Counted from the first letter of the stretch, positions 49,760 through 61,420 are shown. The stretch: 64,000 nucleotides of DNA from Monocercomonoides exilis PA203 (GCA_001643675.2 LSRY02000007.1:1922001-1986000), one strand, 5' to 3'. Notes: generated by a model not told the origin, from the sequence alone. Numbers and translations: made by a program.

Positions 49760-51898
49760 ATGCAAAAGAGTCCTCAAAGGTCAAATGGAATTAGGACTCT
49801 TCATGGTTATTTATCTGTTATTTTAATGTTTATTAGATAATAATGACTATTTTTTATTTTAAATTTGTTTAAAATATGATGCATCAGGAACACGTGTGAC
49901 TTTCCCACACGGAATTTCTTTTATTATCGATTCTCCAACTGAAACAGAAATACAAGATTATTCAAAGAAAAATTCGAAAGAAACAATTAAAAAAACTAAA
50001 GCTGGAAAAATAAGCGAACGAGATCCCTGGAGTTCGCGCCCTAGAATCCCAACAGCTCTAAAGGTGACGGCAGTTGTTGCGAGTGAAATTGTAGACACTT
50101 CTTCAAAAAGAAAAAAGAAAAAATCAAAACTTAATGATGATAATTTGCCTTCAAATAGCTCGGGAGAAATTATTGATTTAACCAAACAAAAAGGCAAACC
50201 TTTTAAACGTGATAAACATGCAATAATTCAAGAGTATGAATACTTTCCCCCTGAGCAACGGAAATTTTCTGATAAATCTCCATTGGAAAAAGAAGTTGTT
50301 GTTTGCGAAGAGGAAAGTCTGTTTGATGAAATTTCTGAAGATGTTAATTCTCAAAATGAATTATCTTCACATCAAACTTCCTCATCATCTGATATCGTTT
50401 CATCTAAATCAAGCAAGAAAAATGATCATGCAAAAGAAAAGCACAAGAAAGAAAAAAAAAGTAAAAAGTCAACACATAAAGGATATACACTTTGGTACAG
50501 TGATAATAACACAGAATTGAATGATTCAACTTCAAAAATTCTGAAAAAAGAAGATTCAGACAAAAATGAAGCTTCACATTCCGCTGGGACAATTCAGAAA
50601 ATAAAAAAGAAAGAAAGAGATGATGCTACGAAATCAACTGCGACATCAAAATCTTCTTCTTCAAATTCTTCACACTCTTTAAACCCTTCAAACTCTTCAA
50701 ATTCTTCAAACTCTTCGAATTCTTCCACAGTTCCTCATTCTTTAACCTCATCCGCTTCTTTTCCATTAAATCATTCGTCATCAACTGCTCACCAGGTTCC
50801 AACGAACACTCAATCATTTCGACAAAATTCTCTCAAAACCACTCAATCCAATTCTTCTTCTGCCCCATCTGCATCTTCATCATCCTCTGCAGCAAATAAC
50901 ACAACAAATCGCAAACATTCGCTTTCTTCGTCATCAAATCCATCTCACTTTGCTTCTTCTTCAGCTTCAACAGCATCATCAGCGTCATCAGCGTCATCAA
51001 CAGCATTAACAGCTCCTTCAATTCAATCAAATGCCTCAGCTCCATCAGCTTCATCTCAACCACAGCATTCATTTCCCAAGCAAACATCATCATCGACTTT
51101 GCCATCAACAACTGCTTCTGCTTATCCTTCTTCATCTCATCCAAACTATTCAACAGCAGCACCTTCTTCAGCATCTTCATTGCCGCCATCTTCACATATC
51201 ACATCAACTGCTCCTGCTTATTCAACTTCTTCTCCTCTATCTTCTCCTCTATCTTCTCCTTTGTCTTCCCCTCGCTTTTCTCCTTCTCCCCCTCTTCCTG
51301 CTCAGAAAGGCATTCCACCTGTTGGCTGCTCCTCTCCATACGCCCAGCCTTCATATCCACTCCCTTCCGCTCCACAGCCTCCCTTTTATCCTCCTCCTCT
51401 GCCTCAGCCTTCATTCATTCCCCCTTCTTATCCACAGCCTCCTTATCCCCCTTCTTTTCCCCCTTCTTTTCCTCTGCCTTTCCAACAGAATTCTTATCAA
51501 CAGGCTCCTTTCAATCAACCTCCCTATCCTCAACGAGCTTATCCACCTCCATCTTTCCCTTCTTCCTCTCCTCCTCCTCTTCCTCTTCCTCCTTCTGCTT
51601 ATGCTTCTCCTGTCTCATTTCCTTCTAATTCACCTCCACCTTATCAGCCTCCAACATATCCACAAATTTCTCTTTCTCCTCCTTCTCTTTCTCCTCCTCG
51701 TCAGCCTGTTTCAAATTCTCCTCCTTCTTCCTCAAAGCCATCTGCTCTGCCAAGCTCTTTCCCACAATCCAACTCTTTTCTCTTTTCTTCTTCTTCTTCT
51801 GAACCAATTCTGAAAAGACCTCCAATCGCTCCAAAGAAAGGTGTTGTGGCTTCTTCTCAGCAAAACTCTTCTTTTGGATTGGAAAGCTCACAAAACAG

Positions 51899-51931
<33 letters not shown>

Positions 51932-54900
51932 TAATACTACTATTAATTCTTCTTCTGTTTCAAAGAAAGCAAACAATGTGACAGTCTCAAAAGGCATTTC
52001 AAATACTTCATCATCATCTTCTTCTTCTGCTTCTGCTTCTTCTTCCTCTTCTGCTTCTTCTTCTTCCTCTTCTTCTCAGAGACATTCGATGCAGATCACA
52101 ACAACACAGGCATCGCTGCCTGACTACACGCTCTCGCTGATCCCTCCTCCTCTGCTTGCAGAAGGCGAAAATCCACTCACTGCTTTTAATTCTCCTTCAT
52201 CATCTTCTTCATCATCTTCTTCATCTTTCTCTTCTTCTCCCTCATCATCATCATCATCATCTGTGAATAAAAAAGCGATAAATTTTCCAGACTCATCTTT
52301 TCTGTCACTTGATGAAGATGACACGTGGAATGAAAGTTTTCTGAGAAATCAGCCAGAAAACACTGCAAAACAGACAAAAACACCTCAAGTCAATCAAAAT
52401 TCACATTCTTCTTCCTCCACCACCTCTTCTTCCTCTTCTTCCTCTTCTTCTGAGCCATCTGACAATCAGCAGAATATTCAAAAGAATGGTGAATCTGAGC
52501 ATTTGAACAAGAAACATGTCAAAGAAGTGTTTCATTCGAGTCTTTATCACAATGCATCATCGCCATCATCATCATCTTCTTCTTCTTCTTCTTCGTCTCA
52601 TTCTTCTTCTTCTGCTTCTCCTCCTCATTCTTCTTCTCATTCCCTTTCTCCTCCTCGCTCTCATTCTTCCACTTCTCACTCTTCTTCTTCTTCTTCTTCT
52701 CATTCTCGTTCTCATTCTCATTCCCACTCTAATTCCCACTCTAATTCACATTCTCATTCCTCTTCTCATTCCTCCTCTTCTTCTGCTACTGCTACTGACA
52801 CAAACACAGCAAATACACACACATCAACATCTGCTCATCATTCAGAAAAGAATTCTCCTCCATCTCATCAAAAACATCAAAATGACACTCATCCATCAAA
52901 ATCATCATCATCATCAGTATCATCATCATCATCATCTTCTTCTTCTTCTTCTTCTTCTTCTTCTTCTTCTTCTCCTCCTCCTCCTCCTCCTCCTCCTCCT
53001 CCTCCTCCTCCTCCTTCTCCTCCTTCTCCTTCTTCTTCTTCTTCCTCTTCAAAACGTCTCCAATCCACTCCAATTAAAGAGTGCAAGTCAACATCCAATA
53101 AAAATGATCATCAAAAAGAACAAGACATGCAATTGAATTCTTTGGATTTGCCAAATTTTCTCAAGTTTTCAACAGAAAAACAAGCCACCGAAACAGAAAA
53201 GAAAACATCAAAAAATGTTCTTTCAAAAACTTCATCAGCAAAATCCTCTTCTTCAACTCCTTCTCGTTCATTTCATTCTTCTTCTCCTTCTTCTCCTTCC
53301 ACACCTTCCACACCTTCCACACCTTCTTCTGAATCTCTTCCTCTTCCTCCTGTTTCATCACCCGCTGTTGAGTCGCTTTCATTTCGATCTGAAGAAGAAA
53401 GCGCTTTTGATCTTTCTTCATCAAATCTGAAACAAACACAATCATCTTCATCATCATCATCTTCTTCTTCTTCTTCTTCTCCAACTTCTGAAAGAGAGAA
53501 GAAGCAAAATGAACAATCTCAGTCAACTCTCCCTAATTCTTCTTCTTCTTCTTCCTTCTCTTCTTCTTCTTCTCGCCATTCACACAAACCACATCCGTCT
53601 GCCATTCAAACTCGTCCTCCGCCTGGCAAAGTTTCCTCTCCATTTGGACTTTCGAAGCCGTCCAACCCAAATCTCATTCCCATTTCGCCTCAGACTTCTC
53701 CTTTTGCCACTTCATCTGACACTTCAGCTGCTGCTTCCAAGCAATCTTTCCCTTCAAATCTCAATCTTTCCTCTCCTTTGTCATCATCATCTTCTTCTTC
53801 TTCTTCCTCTTCTTCTTCTTCTTCTCTTTCTGTTTCTCCATCCAATTCATTTAGTGTCACAGCTCTTTTTCGCAGTCTTGTTTCGCTTGTCAAAAAAGGC
53901 GAGTCTGTCTTTCTGACAGGCCCAGCTGGAAGTGGAAAGACGACAATTCTGAAGCGACTTCTGAAAATGTTTGAAGAAGACGACGAGAAAAGATGGAGGA
54001 AAACACACGAAGATGGAGGAGTCAATGAAGAATGGGGCGAATTCTCTCTAAAAACAGGGAAAAAGACTTCTTCAAAGAAAAGCTCAGAAGACAAAAAATA
54101 TGCAAAAACAAGCAAAGGATTAAAGCCCTTTCCTTCTTCTTCTTCTTCTTCTGGTGCTAATCCATTTGCAATGCCGTCTTCATTTTCCTCTTCTCTTTCT
54201 TCTTCTCCTTCTTATTCGACATATCGCCCAGGTTCTTCTTTGTCCTCTTCCTTTGCTGCATCTTCTGCCTCCCGCACATTCATCACTGCGATGACAGGAG
54301 CTGCTGCTGTTGAGCTGAAAGGAGGGATGACTCTGCACAGCTTTGCGGGGATTGGGCTGGGTGTGGGCACAAAAGAGGAGCTGGCGAGGAAGATTATGCA
54401 GCTGGACACAGACGCCATGCAGAGGGCAAGAGAGAGGTGGAGAATGTGCGAGAGGCTGGTGGTGGACGAGGTGAGCATGTTGGATGCTGCTCTGTTTGAG
54501 AAGCTGGAGTGGGTGGCGCGGATGGTCCGAAGAGACGAGCGGCCGTTTGGCGGCATTCAGCTCATTTTGTGTGGCGACTTCTGTCAGCTGCCGCCGGTGC
54601 AGAGGCAGCCTTCGACAGAGGAAGAGGTGGAGGCATACCAGGCGATGTTGAGGGAGAAGGAGAGGGAGGAGAGGGAGATGAAGGAGATGGGCGAGCGATT
54701 TGGCGGAAGAGGAAGAATGAGAGGCGCTGGAATGCAGCTGAAAACGCTTTCTTCACAGAGAGATTGCTTTGTCGAGGCATTTAGTGGGTTTTCTGGAGCA
54801 AGGAATGTGTTTGCTGCTGGCTCTTTCTCTTCCTCTCCTTCTTTGTCGCCACCCCTTTCTCCTTCTCCACCTCCCTCTGCTCTGCCTGCCCCGCGTTTCC

Positions 54901-57044
54901 TGTTTGAAGCGAGCTGTTTCGACACAGCTGTTCCGAATGTGGTTGTGCTGCAGTCGATTTTCCGGCAGAGTGATCAAGTTCTGATTGAGCTGCTGAAACA
55001 GGTGCGGATCGGAAGGGTGTCTCCTTTCGGGTGTGCTGTGCTGGACTATCTGAAGAGGCCTCTCGACATCAGCACGAGCGGAAACTTCGCCAGCAAAAAA
55101 GAGGAAGACAGCATTCTTCCTTCGTCCGACTCTAAACCTCAGCCGGTTCTTCTTCCGACGCAGCTGTTTTCGCGCAATGTGGATGTGAATGCGATTAACC
55201 AGCTGCATCTCAGCCAGCTCAAAGGCGACCCCATCTTGTATCATGCAAAAGATTGTGGGTCTGCAGAATTTCTCCCGTTTCTCCGGCATTCAGTTGTGGT
55301 TGATACTGTTGTGGAGCTGAAGATAGGGGCGCAGGTGATGCTGCTGAAGAACATGCCTGAAGTTGGCCTGGTGAATGGCTCGAGGGGAATTGTGGTGGAC
55401 TTTGTGGCAGTGAAGAAGAAGAAGAAGGGCAAGAAGGAGAAGAGGAGGATGCACAGACTGGAAGAAGTGGGGAGGAAGAGGAGGATGATTGATGGAGACG
55501 AGGAAGACAGCAGTTTGGAGGAGGAGAACGTGTCTGAGCGAAGGAGAAGGCACATGTTTGGAGACGAGCACGAGATCGAGTTTGGGATGCAAAATGCACT
55601 GGTGGGCAGGAAAGACTGGAAAAAGAGGAAAAATGACTCGGACAGCTCAGATGGGAATGAATATGACGATTCGAGCGACAGCGAAGACGAAGACGAAGAC
55701 GAAGAAAGGGGAAACAACGGGATTGTGGGCTTCTTTGGATTTGGAGATGATTCAAGTGATTCAAGCAGCAGCAGTGTGAGTTCGAAGAAGAAGAAGAAGA
55801 AGAAGAAGAAGAAGAAGAAGATAGAAAAGGAAAAGAAGAAAAATAAAAAGAAGAAGGAGAAAGAGAAAGAGAAAGAGAAAGAGAAAGAGACAACAGGAAA
55901 AAAATCGAAGGAAAAAACAAAAAATGATGAAGAAACGCACTCAACAAAGAAATCTCAAAAGATTAAAGAAGAGATAGAAGAAAAGATAAAAGAAGAGATA
56001 GAAGAAAAGAAGAAAAAGAAAAAGAAGAAAGAAGAAAAGAAGATTAAACATGAGACCGAGTCATTGCTATCTTCTGCAGAAGATGCCAAATCAATTGCGA
56101 CAGATTTGAAAGAACGAAAGTCTGTTTCTTTGTCTTCTGAGCAAAAAATAGACGATGTGACTGCCATTCCAGGAGTGTTCAAAACAGAAGAAGACGAAGC
56201 AAAAGAGGAGGAGATAGAGAAAGAAGAAGAAGACGACGAAGAAGAGGGCAGCGACAGCGAAATAGAGTCTGTTGAAATTACAGTCACAGGAAGAGATCCA
56301 AACGACAGGCTTTATCCAGTTGTGAGGTTCTTCACAGCAAAGCCCCAGTCAAACAGCTCTTCTTCACCCTCCGATGCGTCTGCCTCTCCGCCATATTTTG
56401 ACCTTCTCTTGAGGGAGTCTGTTTGGAACTACGAGCGGGTGAACCCCTCGACGCAGGAGACGGAGGTGGTGGCAAAGCGGATCCAGCTGCCGTTGAAGCT
56501 GGCGTGGGCGTCGACGATGCACAAGTCGCAGGGGATGAGCATCGACTGGCTGGAAGTGTCGCTCTGCGACTGCTTTGCAGAGGGGCAGGCGTATGTGGCG
56601 CTGAGCAGGGCGCGGAGGTTGGAAGGGCTGCGGGTGGTGGAGTGGAAGAAAGACGCCATCAGAGCCAACAGCAAAGTGGTTGAGTGGTACCGAAGGCAGA
56701 AGTGTCTGATGAGGATTAAGGAAAAAGAGAAGGAGAGGGAGAGGGAGAAGGAAAAAGGTGGAAAGCATTCTTCGGTTTCTTGTGCTGCTCCTTCGTTTCA
56801 TTCGTCCAGAGCATCAGGCTCGTTGGAGCGAGAGATTAATGAAATGATGCCTGCTGTTGTTGAGGAAGAGGAGGAAGAGTACAGAAGAGGCGACATGATT
56901 TTGGAGAGCTTTCTAAAGAGAATACAGAAAGAGGGCAAGTTTCCTGAGAAAATTTCAGAGGCTAAAAGGCAAAAATGGAATTCTTTTGAGGATCCTGCAA
57001 ATGGAATTAGCAAAAGAAAACCAAAACAAAGCAAAAGAGGATGA
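49760..57044 (+). CDS. PIF1: Pif1-family 5'-3' DNA helicase (SF1B), ~2400 aa; proposed exons 49760-49805 and 49888-57044
   Basis: Motifs VFLTGPAGSGKT (~53919), AMTGAAA..GMTLHSFAG, VDEVSM, PFGGIQLILCGDFCQLPPV, FRQSD, LKIGAQVMLLKN..LVNGSRG, QLPLKLAWASTMHKSQG and GQAYVALSR. A phase-1 GT-AG intron (49806-49887) links an upstream ATG to the GTG-started ORF. Confidence 0.93.
52935..53050 (+). repeat. 116-nt pure pyrimidine tract: (TCT)13 + (CCT)14 + mixed
   Basis: Seen directly. Encodes poly-Ser and poly-Pro in PIF1. Confidence 0.9.
55784..55890 (+). repeat. (AAG)n / (GAGAAA)n purine tract
   Basis: Seen directly. Encodes poly-Lys and (KE)n inside the PIF1 helicase. Confidence 0.9.
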
Positions 57045-57435
57045 AGCGAAAATGTGATCTCTTATGTATTTATTGATTGAATTTTCTCATTTCACATAAA
57101 GATATCAAAATAAAAAAGTTTGAAAAGGAGAAATGGAAAAAAAAAGTTTGATTTGATTTGTTTTGTTTGACAAAGGGGGGGATAAATATGAATGAAACAA
57201 AAAAATAACTAATTCTGTTTTCTTTTTCTTTTTCCTTTTCTTTTTTCTTTCTTTCTTTTTCCTTGAAATGATAAAGCCTAACAAATGGAGTATCAAACGC
57301 TTGTGCATCCAAAATGAACTGTTGGGATGAAAAGGCTCGGAATTCTTATAAAATTAAAAACGAAATAAAAACTGTCAACATTTTATTAGAAATATTTCCC
57401 CAAAAAATTTTTTTCTATCTAAAAATTGATAATGT

Positions 57436-57437
<2 letters not shown>

Positions 57438-57483
<46 letters not shown>
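57438..57483. repeat. poly(T) homopolymer (~46 nt)
   Basis: Seen directly, between the convergent PIF1 and RAB4 genes. Confidence 0.9.
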
Positions 57484-57486
<3 letters not shown>

Positions 57487-57741
57487 GCAAAATCCAAAAA
57501 AACAACTCTTTTTTCCAAATATATAAATATAAATTAGCAATTTCGAAAAAAAATGCTTTCAAAAGACATAATGAACAAATAAGGAAAACACAAAAGATAC
57601 AAAACAAGAAGTGAAACAAAAAAATTTAGCTGTGACGTGAAGACATGTGTAATGAGGAGGAGAAGGAAAGCTCCTTATCTCAGAGCTTTCTGGTTGTCAA
57701 AGAAAAGAATCGCTCAAGTTTGTCTCGCCTGAATTTCGTTC

Positions 57742-58906
57742 TCAACATCCTTCACACAGCCCGCCATTCCTCGATGGCTTTGGGTCGTGAAGGGTTATCG
57801 GGACAGTGTCATCAGGAGGCAGCTCTTCCATGTCGTGTGCGGACAGAAAAGAGGGCTGAACAGATATTCCACTTCCATATGTCTCCGGTCGAATAACATC
57901 TTCAACAATCACAATAGACAAAGTCATAAATTTGGGAACAAATAGTTGAATTTCCAATTCAGTTGTTTTTGTTATTTATCCCCAAAATCACATTTAGTGT
58001 AAGTCGAAATACAAAATTTCCAAACCTTCTTCAATTTTTGTCAAAATAGATCTTGCGCATTTCAAAAACGCCTCGTCCACTTTGTCTCCCGTTAGCGCGC
58101 TTGTCTCTAGAAAAGGTATTTCTTGAGAAGAAATATCAAAAAATAAAAAGTTGTAACAAGAAACAAATTTTGATTTCCAGAAAAATATTTTTTTGATAAA
58201 AACAAACCATTCTCTTGAGCGAAGCGTGCTCCTTCCAAAAAAGGAACATCTCGATCATCTTCCATGTCAACTGTCATTTAAGGAAAATCAATGAAAAACA
58301 TAAATTTCAATTCAAAATTTTTTCAAATTGAAGAATCAGTAAATGCAAACCTTTATTTCCAAGAATAATACAGCATGCTTGAGGATGAACTCTTTGCCTA
58401 GCATCGGCTATCCAATGAGTAATGCTATTGAATGAATCACGGTTTGTGATGTCATAGACTAAAATTACTCCAACAGCATCGCGATAGTACGACTGTGTCA
58501 ATGTTCGAAACCTTTCACTTCCAGCAGTATCCCACGCTAAAATTAATTAAAATTATTAAATAATGAAAAATAATTTAACCCTACACAAAAACGAGTATTT
58601 GAATATGTATGTGTATATAAAGAAAGCAATTTTTTAAAAAAAATGCTAACTTGGATTTTTATCATTCTATCACCCAATTCCACAATTGTTGTTCCAAATT
58701 CCACTCCTACGGTATGTGTTGTATCATCGTAAAACTTGTCTTCAATAAAACGTCTCAAAAGACAAGATTTTCCAGTTCCTTTTGTTTCATTAAATCGTGC
58801 AAAATAAAAAAGGAAAAATAATAAAATCGAATTAAAAAACGTAAATTACAAAACCTGCGTCTCCAATAATTATAAATTTAAAGCCAATATCATATTCTCC
58901 TTCCAT
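57742..58906 (-). CDS. RAB4: Rab4-like small GTPase; exons 58906-58855, 58778-58651, 58536-58351, 58270-58208, 58121-58026, 57899-57742 (junction 2 is 1 nt out of frame)
   Basis: [68 protein letters not shown].. and [11 protein letters not shown]...PETYGSGI track human Rab4 as recalled. C-terminus is CEGC. Confidence 0.9.
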
Positions 58907-59059
58907 CGAAAGTCACTTTTTGTAATCTAAAAATTTTAATAGGGAACACACGATCATTCATTTAACTATTAATTTGTTCAGTTCATTTTTCGAATCTTAT
59001 ATTTATTGTTGATTAATATTTATCAAGAATTATTATCCCATTATAACGCATATAAATGC
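58907..59059. promoter_or_regulatory. putative bidirectional promoter (153 bp)
   Basis: Lies between head-to-head ATGs at 58906(-) and 59060(+). Confidence 0.45.
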
Positions 59060-60358
59060 ATGAAACAACTAAAAATCGATGAAATCAATCAGCAGAACAA
59101 TGAAAAAAGACCCTTTTTTGAGCAGTTAGCTCAGCTTGCATCTGAGGCTTCTTTCTTACTGATCGATTCTTTTTTTGCACCATTTGGAAAACCTCAACAT
59201 TTTATACCGATTAATCTTGTTCTTTATCGTTTAATACCGTTTTTCATTGTGACTGTGATTTGCCTCACAGTATTTGAAGTGCTTTTGTATCTTCGATTGA
59301 CTGTTTGCAACATTTCTTACGCTGCTGTTTTTGTACCAATTTGGATTCAAGCTTTTCTCTGGCTAATTTCGTCTTCTTTTCTTGTTCGTGATGGAGATCA
59401 ACCTCCTCCTGCGTATGTCGAAACTGTTAGTTCAACTGGGATAGGCAATAACCTTCCCAAAGGAGAACAAACAAGATCAAGCAAATTGTTCTGGAATGTT
59501 CGAGCTAAAATTATTGTGTCTGGGATGTCGGTTCTAATTTTTATTGCTGTGCACTTAACATTGCTATTACTGTTCAATAGGTTATACGTTCAATTCGATA
59601 GAGAAAACGATCCATATCATGACTTCAGAGAAAAAATAGAAGATAACTTGACACAAGTTTCTGCTGTTCTCGCACCAGTTATTGTATTTTTGGCTTTATT
59701 AATTGTATTTATTGTTGGATGGCATGTTGTTCAAGCTGTTGGATTGCATTTTGGTTCTTCGCAAAGAAAATCAAATTTTCCTCGAAGATCATTTGGGGCT
59801 TTACTATTCTTTGTGGTTCTGGTATTGCTTGCTTTGATTTTTTGTGCGTTGCTTTCGTCAAAAATTGACAACAACGGGACAGCTTCTTGGTGGGTTGTAT
59901 TTTCTCCTTTGTTTTGCTTAGATACTGTAATTGTATCAATTGCTCTTGGTAATGTTCTTGTTGTTTGGAAAAGGTCAAAATTGATGGATGAAAAAGAAAA
60001 GGATACAGGTAACCTTCGTTATCAATCGATGCTATATCGGAAGAACACTCATTTTTTGCCAGCGAAACATTCAACTCAAACAGCTACATATGCTTCCTCC
60101 TTGAAAGCGAATGAAATGCCAAATGAAGAACATTTCAAGCAACCGGTTTTTACACTTATCACATCGATCGTTGTACTCTTCTGCACAATCTGGCTTTCAG
60201 TTTCTCATATCAACATTTGCCTTGTTCTTACACTCCCTCATCAACAGCTAATTTCTATTTTCATCCCGCTATGGTTTGCATCGTTTTCTATACTTTCAAG
60301 AGCAATCATAAAAAAGATTTGGGACATATTAATGAAGAGGACACAACTTAGAAATTGA
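59060..60358 (+). CDS. multi-pass membrane protein of the TMEM185/TMEM203/TMEM60 (Tmemb_185A) family
   Basis: About 8 hydrophobic helices with the recurring motifs ISYAAVFVPIWI, KIDNNGTASWWVVFSPLF and ISIFIPLW. First ATG is 59060 (the ORF track starts at TTG 59006). Confidence 0.7.
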   Translation: MKQLKIDEINQQNNEKRPFFEQLAQLASEASFLLIDSFFAPFGKPQHFIPINLVLYRLIPFFIVTVICLTVFEVLLYLRLTVCNISYAAVFVPIWIQAFLWLISSSFLVRDGDQPPPAYVETVSSTGIGNNLPKGEQTRSSKLFWNVRAKIIVSGMSVLIFIAVHLTLLLLFNRLYVQFDRENDPYHDFREKIEDNLTQVSAVLAPVIVFLALLIVFIVGWHVVQAVGLHFGSSQRKSNFPRRSFGALLFFVVLVLLALIFCALLSSKIDNNGTASWWVVFSPLFCLDTVIVSIALGNVLVVWKRSKLMDEKEKDTGNLRYQSMLYRKNTHFLPAKHSTQTATYASSLKANEMPNEEHFKQPVFTLITSIVVLFCTIWLSVSHINICLVLTLPHQQLISIFIPLWFASFSILSRAIIKKIWDILMKRTQLRN

Positions 60359-61420
60359 TTTGCAGAAGAACCCAAATAATGCAAAAGAATAATAATTGAT
60401 AAATTTTGAAAGAAAGGAATCGTCTGTGGATAGTTGTTAATTTGATTGTTTACGTAGGAAATGAATGCAAAATTGTTAGTTTTAATTTTCTAAAATTGGA
60501 TGCAATGGAGTTTTTTTACATATTTAAAAATTACTTTAAATATTAAAACTTTTTTTATCAAACACATATTTATGTCAACATTTCTAAGAATGCTGCTTTA
60601 TTAATTATTCGAAGCAAATGAATCATTCAGAATTATATTTTTAAAAAGCAAATTTGGATTGTGCATGTTGAATCTATTTTCTTAATAATTCTTATTCATT
60701 TGGAGGAAAATATGAAAATTTAAACTTTTTTTGTACAACACATTGAAAAATTGCTTCACTAATAACTTTATTTCGCTTTCTCATTTTTTTAAATAAATTT
60801 TATTTTCATATCCTGAAACAGGCATCATCGAAATCAAAACAAAAAGAAATGTGACATTTCACGAATGTCAAAAAATGAACTCATTTTTATTGTGTTTTTT
60901 GATCTCAAAAAGTCAATGAAAAGTGCATAACTTTTCAATGAAAATGCCTGAAGAGAAATATTTTGCCCCATTTGAAAATTTTATTTGTATTTATACTAGT
61001 TAAAACATGAAAAGGCAGTTCTTATTTTTTTTCCTCCTTCCTTCATTCATTCTTTCCTTCCTTTTTTTATCAATAAATATCCATCTCCTGGAATGACAAT
61101 CCACTTTCCTTTTCCAAAAATACACTAAAACGCCTCCCTCCGTCTTATGTTCCAAAATGCAATATAAGGCAAAATCGCGTTATATCGGATGAGCAAATTC
61201 TAGTTTTTTTGCCTCTTTCATCCTTAAATATGTGTTAAATTCATTTTCAAATTGTTGTAAAGGAGCGGAAAACAATTTTTAAATAATAATAAATATGCAT
61301 AACCTTCGATCATGACATTCTTTTTGATCTGTCTCAAAAACTTAATGAAATAATTCAAATTGAATCTTTTTGTTTCATTAATTTGTTCAGAATTATGAAA
61401 CTTGAAATAAATCACACTGA

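Noticed and set aside
50600-57034. Many overlapping and antisense ORFs (poly-L, poly-E/K/G) in the ORF track, here and inside the USP gene
   Set aside because: They are shadows of the low-complexity codon repeats in the real CDS.
49760-57044. Helitron RepHel interpretation of the Pif1 ORF
   Set aside because: No HUH/Rep motifs upstream of the helicase and no Helitron termini. The motifs resemble cellular Pif1.
39402-57044. SFR1 and PIF1 as a DNA-repair gene cluster
   Set aside because: They are about 9 kb apart, separated by an unrelated surface-protein gene. Nothing supports more than chance linkage.
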